Of a stretch of 19,691 bases of DNA, positions 8,591 through 18,977 are shown piece by piece. The stretch's first letter is position 1. Every line of letters starts with the position of its first letter. The DNA comes from a bacterium (lineage in GTDB: Bacteria > UBP7 > UBA6624 > JBBIMK01), in assembly GCA_037444445.1 (NCBI GenBank), contig JBBIMK010000031.1, positions 1 to 19,691 of the forward strand. The letters run 5' to 3'. The notes below the pieces were generated by a model that saw only the letters and a program-made list of their open reading frames with translations, searched no databases and was not told where the DNA came from. The translations under genes and the position numbers were made by a program.

Positions 8591-9052
8591 TCACCCCCTC
8601 TGCAAGCCTGTTAAGTTTTTTACCGTCCTTGAACGCTGTTTCACCATCATTTGCGCTACATCAGCAAGGGTGGTTTTGCGGAGGAACTCCAGTTCTACTT
8701 CCCGCTGGTGGCTCCAGAAAAGATGGAGCGGGCATGGATTCGCTTCCGAACAGCGAGGAAGCCCCAGAAAGCACCGATTTTCCAGCAGAGGCTCATCCAG
8801 CGCCACACAGATTTCATACAGGCAGATGGAAGCGGGCTTACGAGCGAGAGCAATTCCACCCCCGATGCCGCGCCGGGTAGTCACCAGATGTTTTCTCCCC
8901 AGCGTGTGAATTATCTTCGCCAGGAAGGCTTGTGGAATATCCATGGCCTCCGAGATTTCCTTCACCAGGACGGGATGTTCTCCCATATCCGCCAGGTAAG
9001 CGAGGGCACGGATGGCGTAAGCCACCGACTGGGTCAGCATACGGGGCACCAT
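8591..9052 (-). CDS. Rrf2-family transcriptional regulator with Fe-S-type Cys triad (NsrR/IscR-like)
   Basis: N-terminal winged-helix signature LTQSVAYAIRALAYLA...ISEAMDIPQAFLAKIIHTLGRKHLVTTRRGIGGGIALA. Cys94-x6-Cys101-x5-Cys107 (CFLGLPRCSEANPC). Two in-frame ATGs (9052 and 9040). The 9040 start gives the typical MLTQS Rrf2 N-terminus. Neither has a good SD. The stop lies 4 nt before the cytochrome c start. Confidence 0.85.
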   Translation of the reverse strand: MVPRMLTQSVAYAIRALAYLADMGEHPVLVKEISEAMDIPQAFLAKIIHTLGRKHLVTTRRGIGGGIALARKPASICLYEICVALDEPLLENRCFLGLPRCSEANPCPLHLFWSHQREVELEFLRKTTLADVAQMMVKQRSRTVKNLTGLQRG

Positions 9053-9127
9053 CCAGTGTCAAAAAAGATAAACTGACCTTCAGGTCTTCTTATCATCATA
9101 AGAAAGAGTAAGCGGGAAACCGGATAG

Positions 9128-9151
9128 AAAAAATGACATTTGTCATTTTTT
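9128..9151. promoter_or_regulatory. Perfect AT-flanked dyad AAAAAATGACA-tt-TGTCATTTTTT: candidate operator, or a weak bidirectional terminator
   Basis: 11-bp perfect inverted arms (9128-9138 and 9141-9151) with a 2-bp spacer. Located about 80-100 bp upstream of the Rrf2 start and about 140 bp downstream of the copA stop. The function cannot be assigned from sequence alone. Confidence 0.45.
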
Positions 9152-9161
9152 TCACTTTCTA

Positions 9162-9208
9162 CACTTGCTCTCCATTGGATGGTGAAATGCAAATCCGGAG
9201 GGCAAGTG
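9162..9208. repeat. Long bulged inverted repeat (potential RNA hairpin) in the copA/rrf2 intergenic region
   Basis: CACTTGCTCTCC (9162-9173) pairs with GGAGGGCAAGTG (9197-9208) at 11 of 12 positions. The odd pair is G-U on a plus-strand RNA and A-C on a minus-strand RNA. After a 3-nt bulge, GGAT (9177-9180) pairs with ATCC (9193-9196), leaving a 12-nt loop. Confidence 0.4.
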
Positions 9209-9290
9209 CCAATGTAACTCTCATTGAAATTGGAGAGGATGTATTCCGACTTTATTTCAGGCTGGATTCTTCTGCTTCCGGGAGGGTGCT

Positions 9291-11957
9291 TTAGGATTGA
9301 CCAGTGCCGATAACGGAAGACTTGAAGAGGCGGAGAAGGTTGGCATTAAACACGACGGAAACGGAGGAAAGCGCCATAGCGGCGGCAGCAACCATGGGAT
9401 TCAATAATTTGCCGGAAAGAGGATAGAGAGCGCCTGCTGCAATGGGAATTCCGATGGTATTATAGATAAATGCCCAGAAGAGATTTTGTCGGATATTCCG
9501 AATAGTGGCTTTTGAAAGGCTAATGGCTGTAACGATGTTTCTCAAATCCTCTCCGATGAGGGTGATGTCGGCAGCCTCCATAGCCACATCGGTGCCAGAA
9601 CCTATGGCGATGCCCACATCGGCTTGTGCGAGGGCGGGTGCATCATTGATGCCATCTCCCACCATTGCCACGATTTTATTTTCTCTTTGAAGTTGCTTCA
9701 CCTGCTCCACTTTATCCTCGGGAAGGACTTCGGCGAGAACGCGGTCAATGCCCACCTGGCGAGCGATGGCTTCTGCCGTCCTCCTGTTATCCCCTGTGAG
9801 CATGACCACTTCAACGCCGAGGCGATGGAGCGCGGTAACAGTCTCTCGGGAATAGGGTTTTAAGGTATCTGCTACGGCGATAATGCCTGCCGGTTGGTCA
9901 TCAATTACCGCAAACATAGGTGTTTTGCCCTCCGCAGAGAGTGTTTCTCCTTTAGCAATGAACTCCTCCATCGCCGGCTGAATGGGCTCAAATAATTTCT
10001 GATTACCCACTACAACTTTATGATTTTCCACCTGAGCCCGAATACCCTGTCCCGGAATGGCTTCAAATTCTTCCGGGTTGGTTAAAGGAAGTCCTCGTTT
10101 TTTCGCCGCACGGACGATGGCTTCTCCGAGGGGGTGTTCCGAGCCTTTCTCCGCGGAGGCAACCAGGCGCAGCACTTCATTTTCTAACAGTCCTTTCTGG
10201 GAATCCGGCAGGAGAATATCCGTCAAGGAGGGCTCGCCTTTCGTGAGGGTTCCCGTTTTATCCAGGATAATGGCTTGAATCTTATGGGCGGTTTCCAGAG
10301 CCTCGGCGCTTCGGATAAGAATCCCATTTTCGGCTCCCTTCCCTGTTCCCACCATAATGCTGGTGGGAGTAGCAAGGCCGAGAGCGCAGGGGCAAGCAAT
10401 AATTAGCACAGAGACAAAGTTTGCCAGGGCGAAAAGAAGGCTGGGCGCCGGTCCCCAGATGAGCCACACGGTGAAAGTCGTGACGGCAATCATCATCACG
10501 ACCGGGACAAAATACGAAGTGACCACATCCGCTAACCGCTGGATGGGCGCCTTGGACCCCTGGGCTTCCTCCACGAGGGAAATGATTTGTGCCAGAAGGG
10601 TATCGGCACCCACCTTCGTGGCTTTGAACTTGAAGGTTCCCATTTTATTCACGGTGGCGCCAATCACCGTGTCACCTGCCTTCTTTTCCACCGGCAAAGA
10701 TTCCCCGGTGACCATAGACTCATCCACGGAGGAATATCCTTCTACAATCTCCCCGTCCACGGGGATTTTTTCACCCGGACGAACCACAACGAAGTCTCCC
10801 ACCTTCACCTCTTCTATGGGGACATCCACTTCCTGGCCATCTTTTATGATGCGAGCAGTCTTAGCCTGCAAGCCAATCAATTTCTGAATGGCGGCGGAGG
10901 TGCGACTTTTCGCCTTCGCTTCCAGCAGTCGGCCGAGAAGGATGAGGGTAATGATGACCGCTGCGGTGTCAAAATAGACCACCCTCATATTTTCAGGCAG
11001 AATGAAGGGGAAAAAGGTTACAACGGTGCTATAAAGAAATGCCGAGAGGGTGCCGATGCCAATCAGGGCGTTCATATCTGCCGTTCGATGGCGCAGGGAG
11101 GAAACAGTTCCAGAAAGAAATTGCCCGCCCGCCCAGAATTGAACCGGTAGAGTGAGGAAAAAAAGAGTCAGATGAACCTGTAGAATCTTCGGCATAAAAG
11201 GAAACCATTCGGGAAAACTTCCGAGAAAGACGATAGCACCGAGGACTCCACTGAACAGAACTTTCCGGGTGAGTTCTCTGATTTCCCGAATCTTCAACAG
11301 TTTCTCCTGCTCCCGGGCTTGCGCTCCCGAGACTTCTGCCAGTGCATCATATCCCGCATCCTGAATGGCTTTCACCATCTGGGAAGAGGAAACGAGGGAA
11401 GGATTATACACCACATGGACCTTCTCTGTCGCCAGGTTCACCATAGCATTCTCAACTCCAGTCAGTTCCTTCAATGCTCCCTCCACTGTGCTTACGCAGG
11501 AAGCACAGTGCATTCCAATGACTCTTAGAGAAATCTCGTCCGTTTTCTGAACGGGGAGAGCCGGTGTGGACGAAGGGCCTTCCATTGCCTCGCTGGGCTG
11601 GACGATGAGTTTCCCGTGTAGCATGCCCATCTGACAGGTAAAATCAAAGGTTCCCGCACGGTGAGGGCTGAACTCCACCACGGTGGTTCCATAAGGAACT
11701 AATTTTCGTGAAATTTGAAACTCCGGGAGGATGAATCGTTCCGAGCATTCCGAGGTTTCTTGCCGGTGAAATCGGAGCCTTACCGGCTTGCCCTGCTTCA
11801 CCTGAATCACATCCGGCGAATATCCTCCTCGCACCTCCACTTCAATCTCCTGAACGCCTTCCACCTCTTTTGCAACTTTAGCCTTCCTCTTTCCAAAGAA
11901 GAACCAACAGAGGAAAAGATTTACTAAAACTCCTGCTATCAGAACCAGAATCTTCAT
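9291..11957 (-). CDS. copA: Cu(I)-translocating P1B-type ATPase with N-terminal TM helix + cupredoxin-like domain + HMA domain
   Basis: 888 aa. CPC ([13 protein letters not shown]), [28 protein letters not shown] metal-site motifs IYNTIG and [19 protein letters not shown] (C151/C154). N-terminal helix [19 protein letters not shown] followed by GKRKAK. Residues about 30-120 form a cupredoxin-like beta-rich domain with C71 and C108-Q-M-G-M-L-H114. Confidence 0.95.
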   Translation of the reverse strand: MKILVLIAGVLVNLFLCWFFFGKRKAKVAKEVEGVQEIEVEVRGGYSPDVIQVKQGKPVRLRFHRQETSECSERFILPEFQISRKLVPYGTTVVEFSPHRAGTFDFTCQMGMLHGKLIVQPSEAMEGPSSTPALPVQKTDEISLRVIGMHCASCVSTVEGALKELTGVENAMVNLATEKVHVVYNPSLVSSSQMVKAIQDAGYDALAEVSGAQAREQEKLLKIREIRELTRKVLFSGVLGAIVFLGSFPEWFPFMPKILQVHLTLFFLTLPVQFWAGGQFLSGTVSSLRHRTADMNALIGIGTLSAFLYSTVVTFFPFILPENMRVVYFDTAAVIITLILLGRLLEAKAKSRTSAAIQKLIGLQAKTARIIKDGQEVDVPIEEVKVGDFVVVRPGEKIPVDGEIVEGYSSVDESMVTGESLPVEKKAGDTVIGATVNKMGTFKFKATKVGADTLLAQIISLVEEAQGSKAPIQRLADVVTSYFVPVVMMIAVTTFTVWLIWGPAPSLLFALANFVSVLIIACPCALGLATPTSIMVGTGKGAENGILIRSAEALETAHKIQAIILDKTGTLTKGEPSLTDILLPDSQKGLLENEVLRLVASAEKGSEHPLGEAIVRAAKKRGLPLTNPEEFEAIPGQGIRAQVENHKVVVGNQKLFEPIQPAMEEFIAKGETLSAEGKTPMFAVIDDQPAGIIAVADTLKPYSRETVTALHRLGVEVVMLTGDNRRTAEAIARQVGIDRVLAEVLPEDKVEQVKQLQRENKIVAMVGDGINDAPALAQADVGIAIGSGTDVAMEAADITLIGEDLRNIVTAISLSKATIRNIRQNLFWAFIYNTIGIPIAAGALYPLSGKLLNPMVAAAAMALSSVSVVFNANLLRLFKSSVIGTGQS

Positions 11958-12042
11958 TCTCCCATACGCCTCCTCTACTAATGTATCATCCTTTCAGAAT
12001 ATCAAGAATAAAAAAACACCCTTACTCTTTTGCTCCCTATCC

Positions 12043-14486
<2,444 letters not shown>

Positions 14487-14493
14487 ATTGGAG

Positions 14494-15186
14494 TCAAGAA
14501 ACTCGGGCAGTGGTGCGGGACGCTTTCGCTTCCATCATTTTTTTCCTCGCTTCATCCCAGTCGCTGAGGAATCGCTTCAATCCTATATCGGTTAACGGGT
14601 GTTGAATCATCTTCAGAAGCACCTCGTGAGGCATAGTAGCGATGTGAGCCCCAGCCAGCGCCACCTGTTCCACATGAATCGGATGGCGAAGGCTGGCGGC
14701 AATCACTTTCGCAGTAAAGTGATGAACCTCCACGAACTCCACAATATCTTTCACAAGGGGAACACCTTCCTGCCCGATGTCATCCAGCCTGCCGATAAAA
14801 GGGCTGACGAAGGAAGCACCAGCCTTAATGGCAAGTATCGCTTGATTCAGGGAAAAAATCAGAGTGGCATTCACCGGGATGTCCTTCTTTCGGAGCGCTG
14901 AGATGGCTTTCAAACCATCGGGCGTGGTAGCCACTTTAATGACGATATTGGGTGCCCAGGGGAACATTTCCATAGCGTCGCGGATGATGCCCTCCGTGTC
15001 CGTGTGAAGAACCTCTACGCTCACGGGACGAGGAGCCACCAGAGTGCAGACCTCTTCCACCACTTTCCGATATTCCTTTCCTTCTTTCGCCACCAGCGAC
15101 GGATTCGTGGTCACTCCATCCAGAATACCCCATGAAAGCGCCTCCTGTATCTGTTGCCGATTGGCTGTATCCAGGTAAATTTTCAT
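14494..15186 (-). CDS. tal: Short-type transaldolase / fructose-6-phosphate aldolase (TalC/Fsa family)
   Basis: MKIYLDTAN...GVTTNPSL, IKVATTPDGLKAI, NATLIFS, SPFIGRLDD. ATG preceded by GGAGGGGAG. Confidence 0.9.
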   Translation of the reverse strand: MKIYLDTANRQQIQEALSWGILDGVTTNPSLVAKEGKEYRKVVEEVCTLVAPRPVSVEVLHTDTEGIIRDAMEMFPWAPNIVIKVATTPDGLKAISALRKKDIPVNATLIFSLNQAILAIKAGASFVSPFIGRLDDIGQEGVPLVKDIVEFVEVHHFTAKVIAASLRHPIHVEQVALAGAHIATMPHEVLLKMIQHPLTDIGLKRFLSDWDEARKKMMEAKASRTTARVS

Positions 15187-15312
15187 CTATCTCCCCTCCT
15201 TTTATTCCAACTAATACTATATCATTCTCTTTATCTTTAGCAGAGACCACCTGCTGGCGAAACGCCCAACCGGAGGGGCGCATCACCGGAAAAGGGGTAC
15301 AACAACTATATT

Positions 15313-15711
15313 TTACACTTTCAGGGCATCCTGCAGGATTTGAGAATGGTCAAAGGCGAGAGGAAAAGGGAGGGGCAGAGAAAAGGCTTGCACTTCACTG
15401 GCATCGTCGGCGGCACGAAGAGTACCACCAGCAGAACGCACGAGATAAGCCAGGGTGACGGTGTGGGCGCGAGGGTCTCGCTCAGGGTCGGAATAGACTC
15501 CGATGAGACGGAGGATTTCAACTTCTAACCCCGTTTCCTCACGGATTTCACGCAGTAAGGCTTCTTCCACCTTCTCGCCATATTCCACGAATCCACCCGG
15601 CAGCGCCCACATCCCTTGAAAGGGAGGATTTTTTCTTTTCACGAGAATCACCTTCTTATCCGGCGTGAGAATGACAGCATCCACCGTGAGGTATGGGGTT
15701 TCGGGTTTCAT
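15313..15711 (-). CDS. NUDIX hydrolase
   Basis: Nudix box [24 protein letters not shown]. The track ORF starts at GTG 15753, inside the upstream gene. ATG 15711 ([15 protein letters not shown]) forms an ATGA overlap with the GT4 stop (15710-15708), so it is preferred. Confidence 0.8.
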   Translation of the reverse strand: MKPETPYLTVDAVILTPDKKVILVKRKNPPFQGMWALPGGFVEYGEKVEEALLREIREETGLEVEILRLIGVYSDPERDPRAHTVTLAYLVRSAGGTLRAADDASEVQAFSLPLPFPLAFDHSQILQDALKV

Positions 15712-16988
15712 CTCATTAGCCGCTGACGAAGGCGATTCCAGAGACCACCCCACCCTTCCCGCCGAAGAACCGTTGACACCCTATGGGTGGGAGCAGAAAT
15801 CAGGCGAAATAACTTCTGAACCTCCCGGTGCTTCCGATAGAGAATCCGGCGGGGAAAGATGAACCATTCCTTCTTCGGCGAGACCATCCGCTCCTGCAAA
15901 GGATGTATCATTTTTTCCCATCGCATCTGTTCACCGAGGGCTCTGGAGGCTTTCTCCATTTCTTCACGGCGCGTAGCGTTTTGATGGAGGTCTAAAAGGG
16001 CGCGGGCAATTCCTTGGACATCACCCGGCTTCACCAGAATTCCGGCTCCCTGACCTGCAATCTCATCCCCGAGGGTTTCTCCGCAAGTGGTAATGATGGG
16101 AATTCCCGCCCACAGATACTCAAACAGACGAGCCCGATGCGCATAATAAGCCTCCAGCCCATCCAGATGGCAGGATATTCCGACAAAGGCTTTTCGCAAA
16201 AACTCCAGACGCTGTTCATAAGGAACCCAGTCTACAACCCGAATTCTCTGGCTCCAGAGAGGCGATGCCTTCGCTTCCTTACACAATGTTTTCATGATTC
16301 GGGATTGAGGAAGATATCCCGAAGGGTGCTGACTTCCCACCAGCACGAAAGAATAGGGGATTTTCTCCTGGATGGACAGAAATGCCCGAAGGGGAGTGAG
16401 TGGGTCCATCCATTCCCAGATTCCACCGAACCAGAGGATGTATTCTTTCTTCTCATCCGATGCGGGGAAGGGTGCATCTGAAGTTCCACCTGCGAGAAGT
16501 GTAAACAGACGTTGCTGGACATCGGGCTGACTGGAAAGGAGTTGGGTATTCATCCGGCGGGACGATAGAAAAAGAGGCATATAAAAATCCCTCTGTCGGG
16601 CATTCGCCACCAGAAAATGGTCTCCACACCACAGGGCTAATTGATAAAGAGAAAAGTATGCGGAAAAACGGAGGGCATCCCCGGGAAAGAGATGGAGGTT
16701 TTCAAAAATCACGGGGTCAGAAAGGTCAAATATCAGGTAAGAGGAAGTTTCCATAAGGGCAGGAAAGGAAAGAAGAGCAAGAGGAGGGGCGATAATCACA
16801 TCAAAACCCCGGATGGACCTCCTATCCCAGGACTGAACCTTTTCAGGTAAGGGTCTATGAATCTCCGGCGCACCGAGGGTAACCTGCCATTCCTGGGTCA
16901 AATGGCTCGCCAGTTGAAGATAACGAGTGGCAATGCCTGCGATTTTCTCACCTATCGGGTCCGTGCAAAGTAATAGCACTTTCTTCAT
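15708..16988 (-). CDS. GT-B fold glycosyltransferase (GT4/GT1-like)
   Basis: 426 aa. C-terminal Glycos_transf_1-like region [38 protein letters not shown] 16988 overlaps the GT2 stop (ATGA). Confidence 0.8.
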   Translation of the reverse strand: MKKVLLLCTDPIGEKIAGIATRYLQLASHLTQEWQVTLGAPEIHRPLPEKVQSWDRRSIRGFDVIIAPPLALLSFPALMETSSYLIFDLSDPVIFENLHLFPGDALRFSAYFSLYQLALWCGDHFLVANARQRDFYMPLFLSSRRMNTQLLSSQPDVQQRLFTLLAGGTSDAPFPASDEKKEYILWFGGIWEWMDPLTPLRAFLSIQEKIPYSFVLVGSQHPSGYLPQSRIMKTLCKEAKASPLWSQRIRVVDWVPYEQRLEFLRKAFVGISCHLDGLEAYYAHRARLFEYLWAGIPIITTCGETLGDEIAGQGAGILVKPGDVQGIARALLDLHQNATRREEMEKASRALGEQMRWEKMIHPLQERMVSPKKEWFIFPRRILYRKHREVQKLFRLISAPTHRVSTVLRREGWGGLWNRLRQRLMR

Positions 16989-18046
16989 GAACCTGAAGGA
17001 AAATTCAGGAAACCCGAAGTCACACGAAGATAAGGCTCCGTCAACGAGTTAAAATAAGCCGGCTGTAAAGGAGTTTTGAATAAGGGAAAAATTTCTTCAT
17101 CCCGGCATTGACGCAATTTTTGAACTTGCTCTCTCTTTTTTTTCACTTGAGGTAAAGCCTCCAGAAAGTTATGAAATCCCTTCTCAAAGGCTGATGCTAA
17201 CTTCAACTTGCGCCGTTTACGACAGTCCTTCATTTTCCCAAAAACTACCGCTTCGGCCATGGGTAAAATTATGGGAAGGTTTTCATCGGAATAATTCTTA
17301 TAGAGTGCGAATAAAGAATTTCGTTGAAGAAGGAAATGGTGCCAGGGTTCGCCGAAGGCTTTCGTAGTGGATGCACCTTGATGATAAGAAATCACCGAGG
17401 GTGCAAAAAAAATCCGATAGCCAGCCACATTCATACGCCACCCCAGGTCCACATCTTCAAAGAAGGCAAAAAAATCCGGGTCATACCCGCCCACCTGTTC
17501 ATACACTTTTCTTTTTACGGCAAAAGAAGCACCGCAGGCAAACAGGCAGGGAGCATCCTCCAGTTTCACTTTTTTAGAGAGTTCACCATGGTGAAGGGGA
17601 ATACCGTAGCCGAAGAGGTTCATCCCGGCACCACCGAAATCCACCCGCTTACCTTTCGCATCCAGAATGTATCCAGCCACTCCATCACAACCCGTCGTTT
17701 CAAAGACTTTCGTGGCTTTATCAAACCAGGAGTCCTCCAGCCGAACATCATCATTCAAAAACACCAGAATCTCATTAGAGGCTTCCTCTGCTCCACGGTG
17801 AGCCGCACCCGCATATCCCAGGTATCGTTCTTCCACTACCCACTTCACTTCTGTCATCCCTGCGGTAAAATTTTTCGCTTCCAGTTTTTTCGGCGAGTTG
17901 TAAACCAAAATCACTTCCATCTGTCCCTTGTTCAGCAAGGATTGAGGTAATGTGGAAAGTAGATGAACCACTTCTCGCGTGTGGCACAGAGGAATAATGA
18001 CCGAGAATGCGGGCATCGCTTTCATTTTAACACATCCACGGGGCAC
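16985..18046 (-). CDS. Family 2 glycosyltransferase (GT-A fold)
   Basis: FSVIIPLCHT N-terminal strand, FLNDDV (DxD), FFEDVDLGWR motif typical of rhamnosyl/galactosyl-type GT2 enzymes. Start uncertain: GTG 18046, ATG 18025 or ATG 18016. Confidence 0.8.
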   Translation of the reverse strand: MPRGCVKMKAMPAFSVIIPLCHTREVVHLLSTLPQSLLNKGQMEVILVYNSPKKLEAKNFTAGMTEVKWVVEERYLGYAGAAHRGAEEASNEILVFLNDDVRLEDSWFDKATKVFETTGCDGVAGYILDAKGKRVDFGGAGMNLFGYGIPLHHGELSKKVKLEDAPCLFACGASFAVKRKVYEQVGGYDPDFFAFFEDVDLGWRMNVAGYRIFFAPSVISYHQGASTTKAFGEPWHHFLLQRNSLFALYKNYSDENLPIILPMAEAVVFGKMKDCRKRRKLKLASAFEKGFHNFLEALPQVKKKREQVQKLRQCRDEEIFPLFKTPLQPAYFNSLTEPYLRVTSGFLNFPSGS

Positions 18047-18131
18047 CCCTGCCCTATCATAGAGGGGAGGGCTACTTGCCCTTCCAGAGTTGCTGGATAT
18101 ATTTTCGGGCGGAGGAATACCATGCCTCTAC

Positions 18132-18159
18132 TTGACAACCTTATTTTATCCTGTATAAT
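18132..18159 (+). promoter_or_regulatory. Near-consensus sigma70-type promoter
   Basis: TTGACA (18132-18137), 16-nt spacer, TATAAT (18154-18159) with TG immediately upstream. Faces the plus-strand ORF at 18213/18381. Confidence 0.6.
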
Positions 18160-18212
18160 ACTAAAGTAAGTGAGGATAAAGGATGGAACTTTTGTAGAAA
18201 TTTTGGGCGTGG

Positions 18213-18929
18213 GTGAAAAAACTTGAAGGGCGGGACCCTGCGCCCGGCCTTCCACACCCTTCGGTCAAAGACGGCGAGATTCCCACCGCCTCTGCCCCCG
18301 CTCCCCCTTACCCCGCCTCCGCATCCCCGCTTCCCTCACCCTTCTCCTCCCGCCACCCCTTCCTTTTGAAGGCGGAATATGTGAAACGAGAGCCCCACGA
18401 GGATTCTTTGAAAGTCATCGTGAAGGCTCACCATATCCTGCCCATCTATCAGGCGTCTCTGAAGGACAGAATCAAGAATTTCCACCATAAGGGGTTTCGC
18501 ACAGGGCATCCCCCGAAAGCCCTGCGGATGAAACTATCGGATGAAGTGAAGGAGGATGTTCTGCCAGCGGTTGCGATGAATGTTCTCCAGCAGATTCAGC
18601 ACCTGTTAGACCCTCCCCCTTCTATGCCCCCCACTTATTCTTATGAGCCGTGGGAGCCAGGGCAGAATTTCACCTTCACCGCCACTTATCTCACTCCGGT
18701 GAAGTTTTTGGACCCTTTAGCCCCCAGAGAACTCCCCATAGATGAAGATATTCTGCCCTCTATGGTTGAGAAAAAAACGGCGGAGCGCGGGTCTCCACCC
18801 TACAAGGATGGTTCATTGGGTGTAGGGGAGGAACTTGCCTCCTCCCGTGATAAGTTAAGGGACGACAAAAAGTTGCCCCCGGCATCACCCCAGCCAGGGA
18901 AGCCTGTATCTTCCCACGGGAGGTTGTGA
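18213..18929 (+). CDS. Trigger-factor N-terminal (ribosome-binding) domain-like protein; start uncertain (GTG 18213 or GTG 18381)
   Basis: From residue 57 the translation aligns without gaps to my recollection of the E. coli TF N-domain. GFRTGHPP matches GFRKGKVP (GFRxGxxP motif). VKEDVL matches VRQDVL. PPTYSYEPWEPGQNFTFTATY matches [21 protein letters not shown] with identical spacing. No PPIase or C-terminal TF domain follows. The first 56 codons are Pro-rich and low complexity. GTG 18381 has GAAGGCGGA upstream. Confidence 0.6.
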   Translation: MKKLEGRDPAPGLPHPSVKDGEIPTASAPAPPYPASASPLPSPFSSRHPFLLKAEYVKREPHEDSLKVIVKAHHILPIYQASLKDRIKNFHHKGFRTGHPPKALRMKLSDEVKEDVLPAVAMNVLQQIQHLLDPPPSMPPTYSYEPWEPGQNFTFTATYLTPVKFLDPLAPRELPIDEDILPSMVEKKTAERGSPPYKDGSLGVGEELASSRDKLRDDKKLPPASPQPGKPVSSHGRL

Positions 18930-18977
18930 GGGGGAAAAATTATGGACGGATATGTCGGATATGAAGTATTATTTTTA

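Noticed and set aside
9135-9144. The core GACAttTGTC resembles the CopY/BlaI-type cop box (KACAnnTGTA), and it lies next to copA.
   Set aside because: It lies downstream of copA, not upstream. No CopY/BlaI-family gene is present in the window. The outer bases deviate from TACA/TGTA. I mention it only as a possibility; the Rrf2-operator or terminator readings are favoured.
9133-9294. 53-codon plus-strand ORF (MTFVIFFTFYTCSPLDGEMQ...) spanning the copA/rrf2 intergenic region.
   Set aside because: There is no SD in the A-run upstream. Its ATG sits inside the perfect palindrome, and it runs across the long inverted repeat into the copA stop. It is more economically explained as non-coding regulatory or structural DNA.
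11977-12005. Possible copA promoter on the minus strand: TTGATA at 12005-12000, with ATTAGT 17 nt downstream.
   Set aside because: The -10 candidate matches the consensus at only 3 of 6 positions, and other spacings are worse. copA may also be read through from pyrG. It is not reported as a feature.
15256-15280. Small GC hairpins downstream of the Nudix stop (GGCGaaaCGCC and CGCCCaaccggagGGGCG) as a terminator.
   Set aside because: The stems are only 4-5 bp and mutually exclusive, and no U-tract follows on the minus strand. The support is insufficient to annotate a terminator.
15712-15753. N-terminal extension of the Nudix ORF (GTG 15753).
   Set aside because: It overlaps the GT4 3' end by 46 nt and adds a non-conserved-looking peptide. 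ATG 15711 gives a clean ATGA stop-start overlap.
18065-18085. Hairpin GGGAGGGC-tactt-GCCCTTCC in the GT2 upstream region.
   Set aside because: It pairs well only on a plus-strand RNA, and no plus-strand promoter precedes it. On the minus strand (the GT2 leader) it has an A-C mismatch. It is too short to interpret.
18022-18255. 77-aa minus-strand ORF spanning the divergent intergenic region.
   Set aside because: It crosses the near-consensus plus-strand promoter and overlaps the GT2 start. It has no SD or recognisable motif and is likely spurious.
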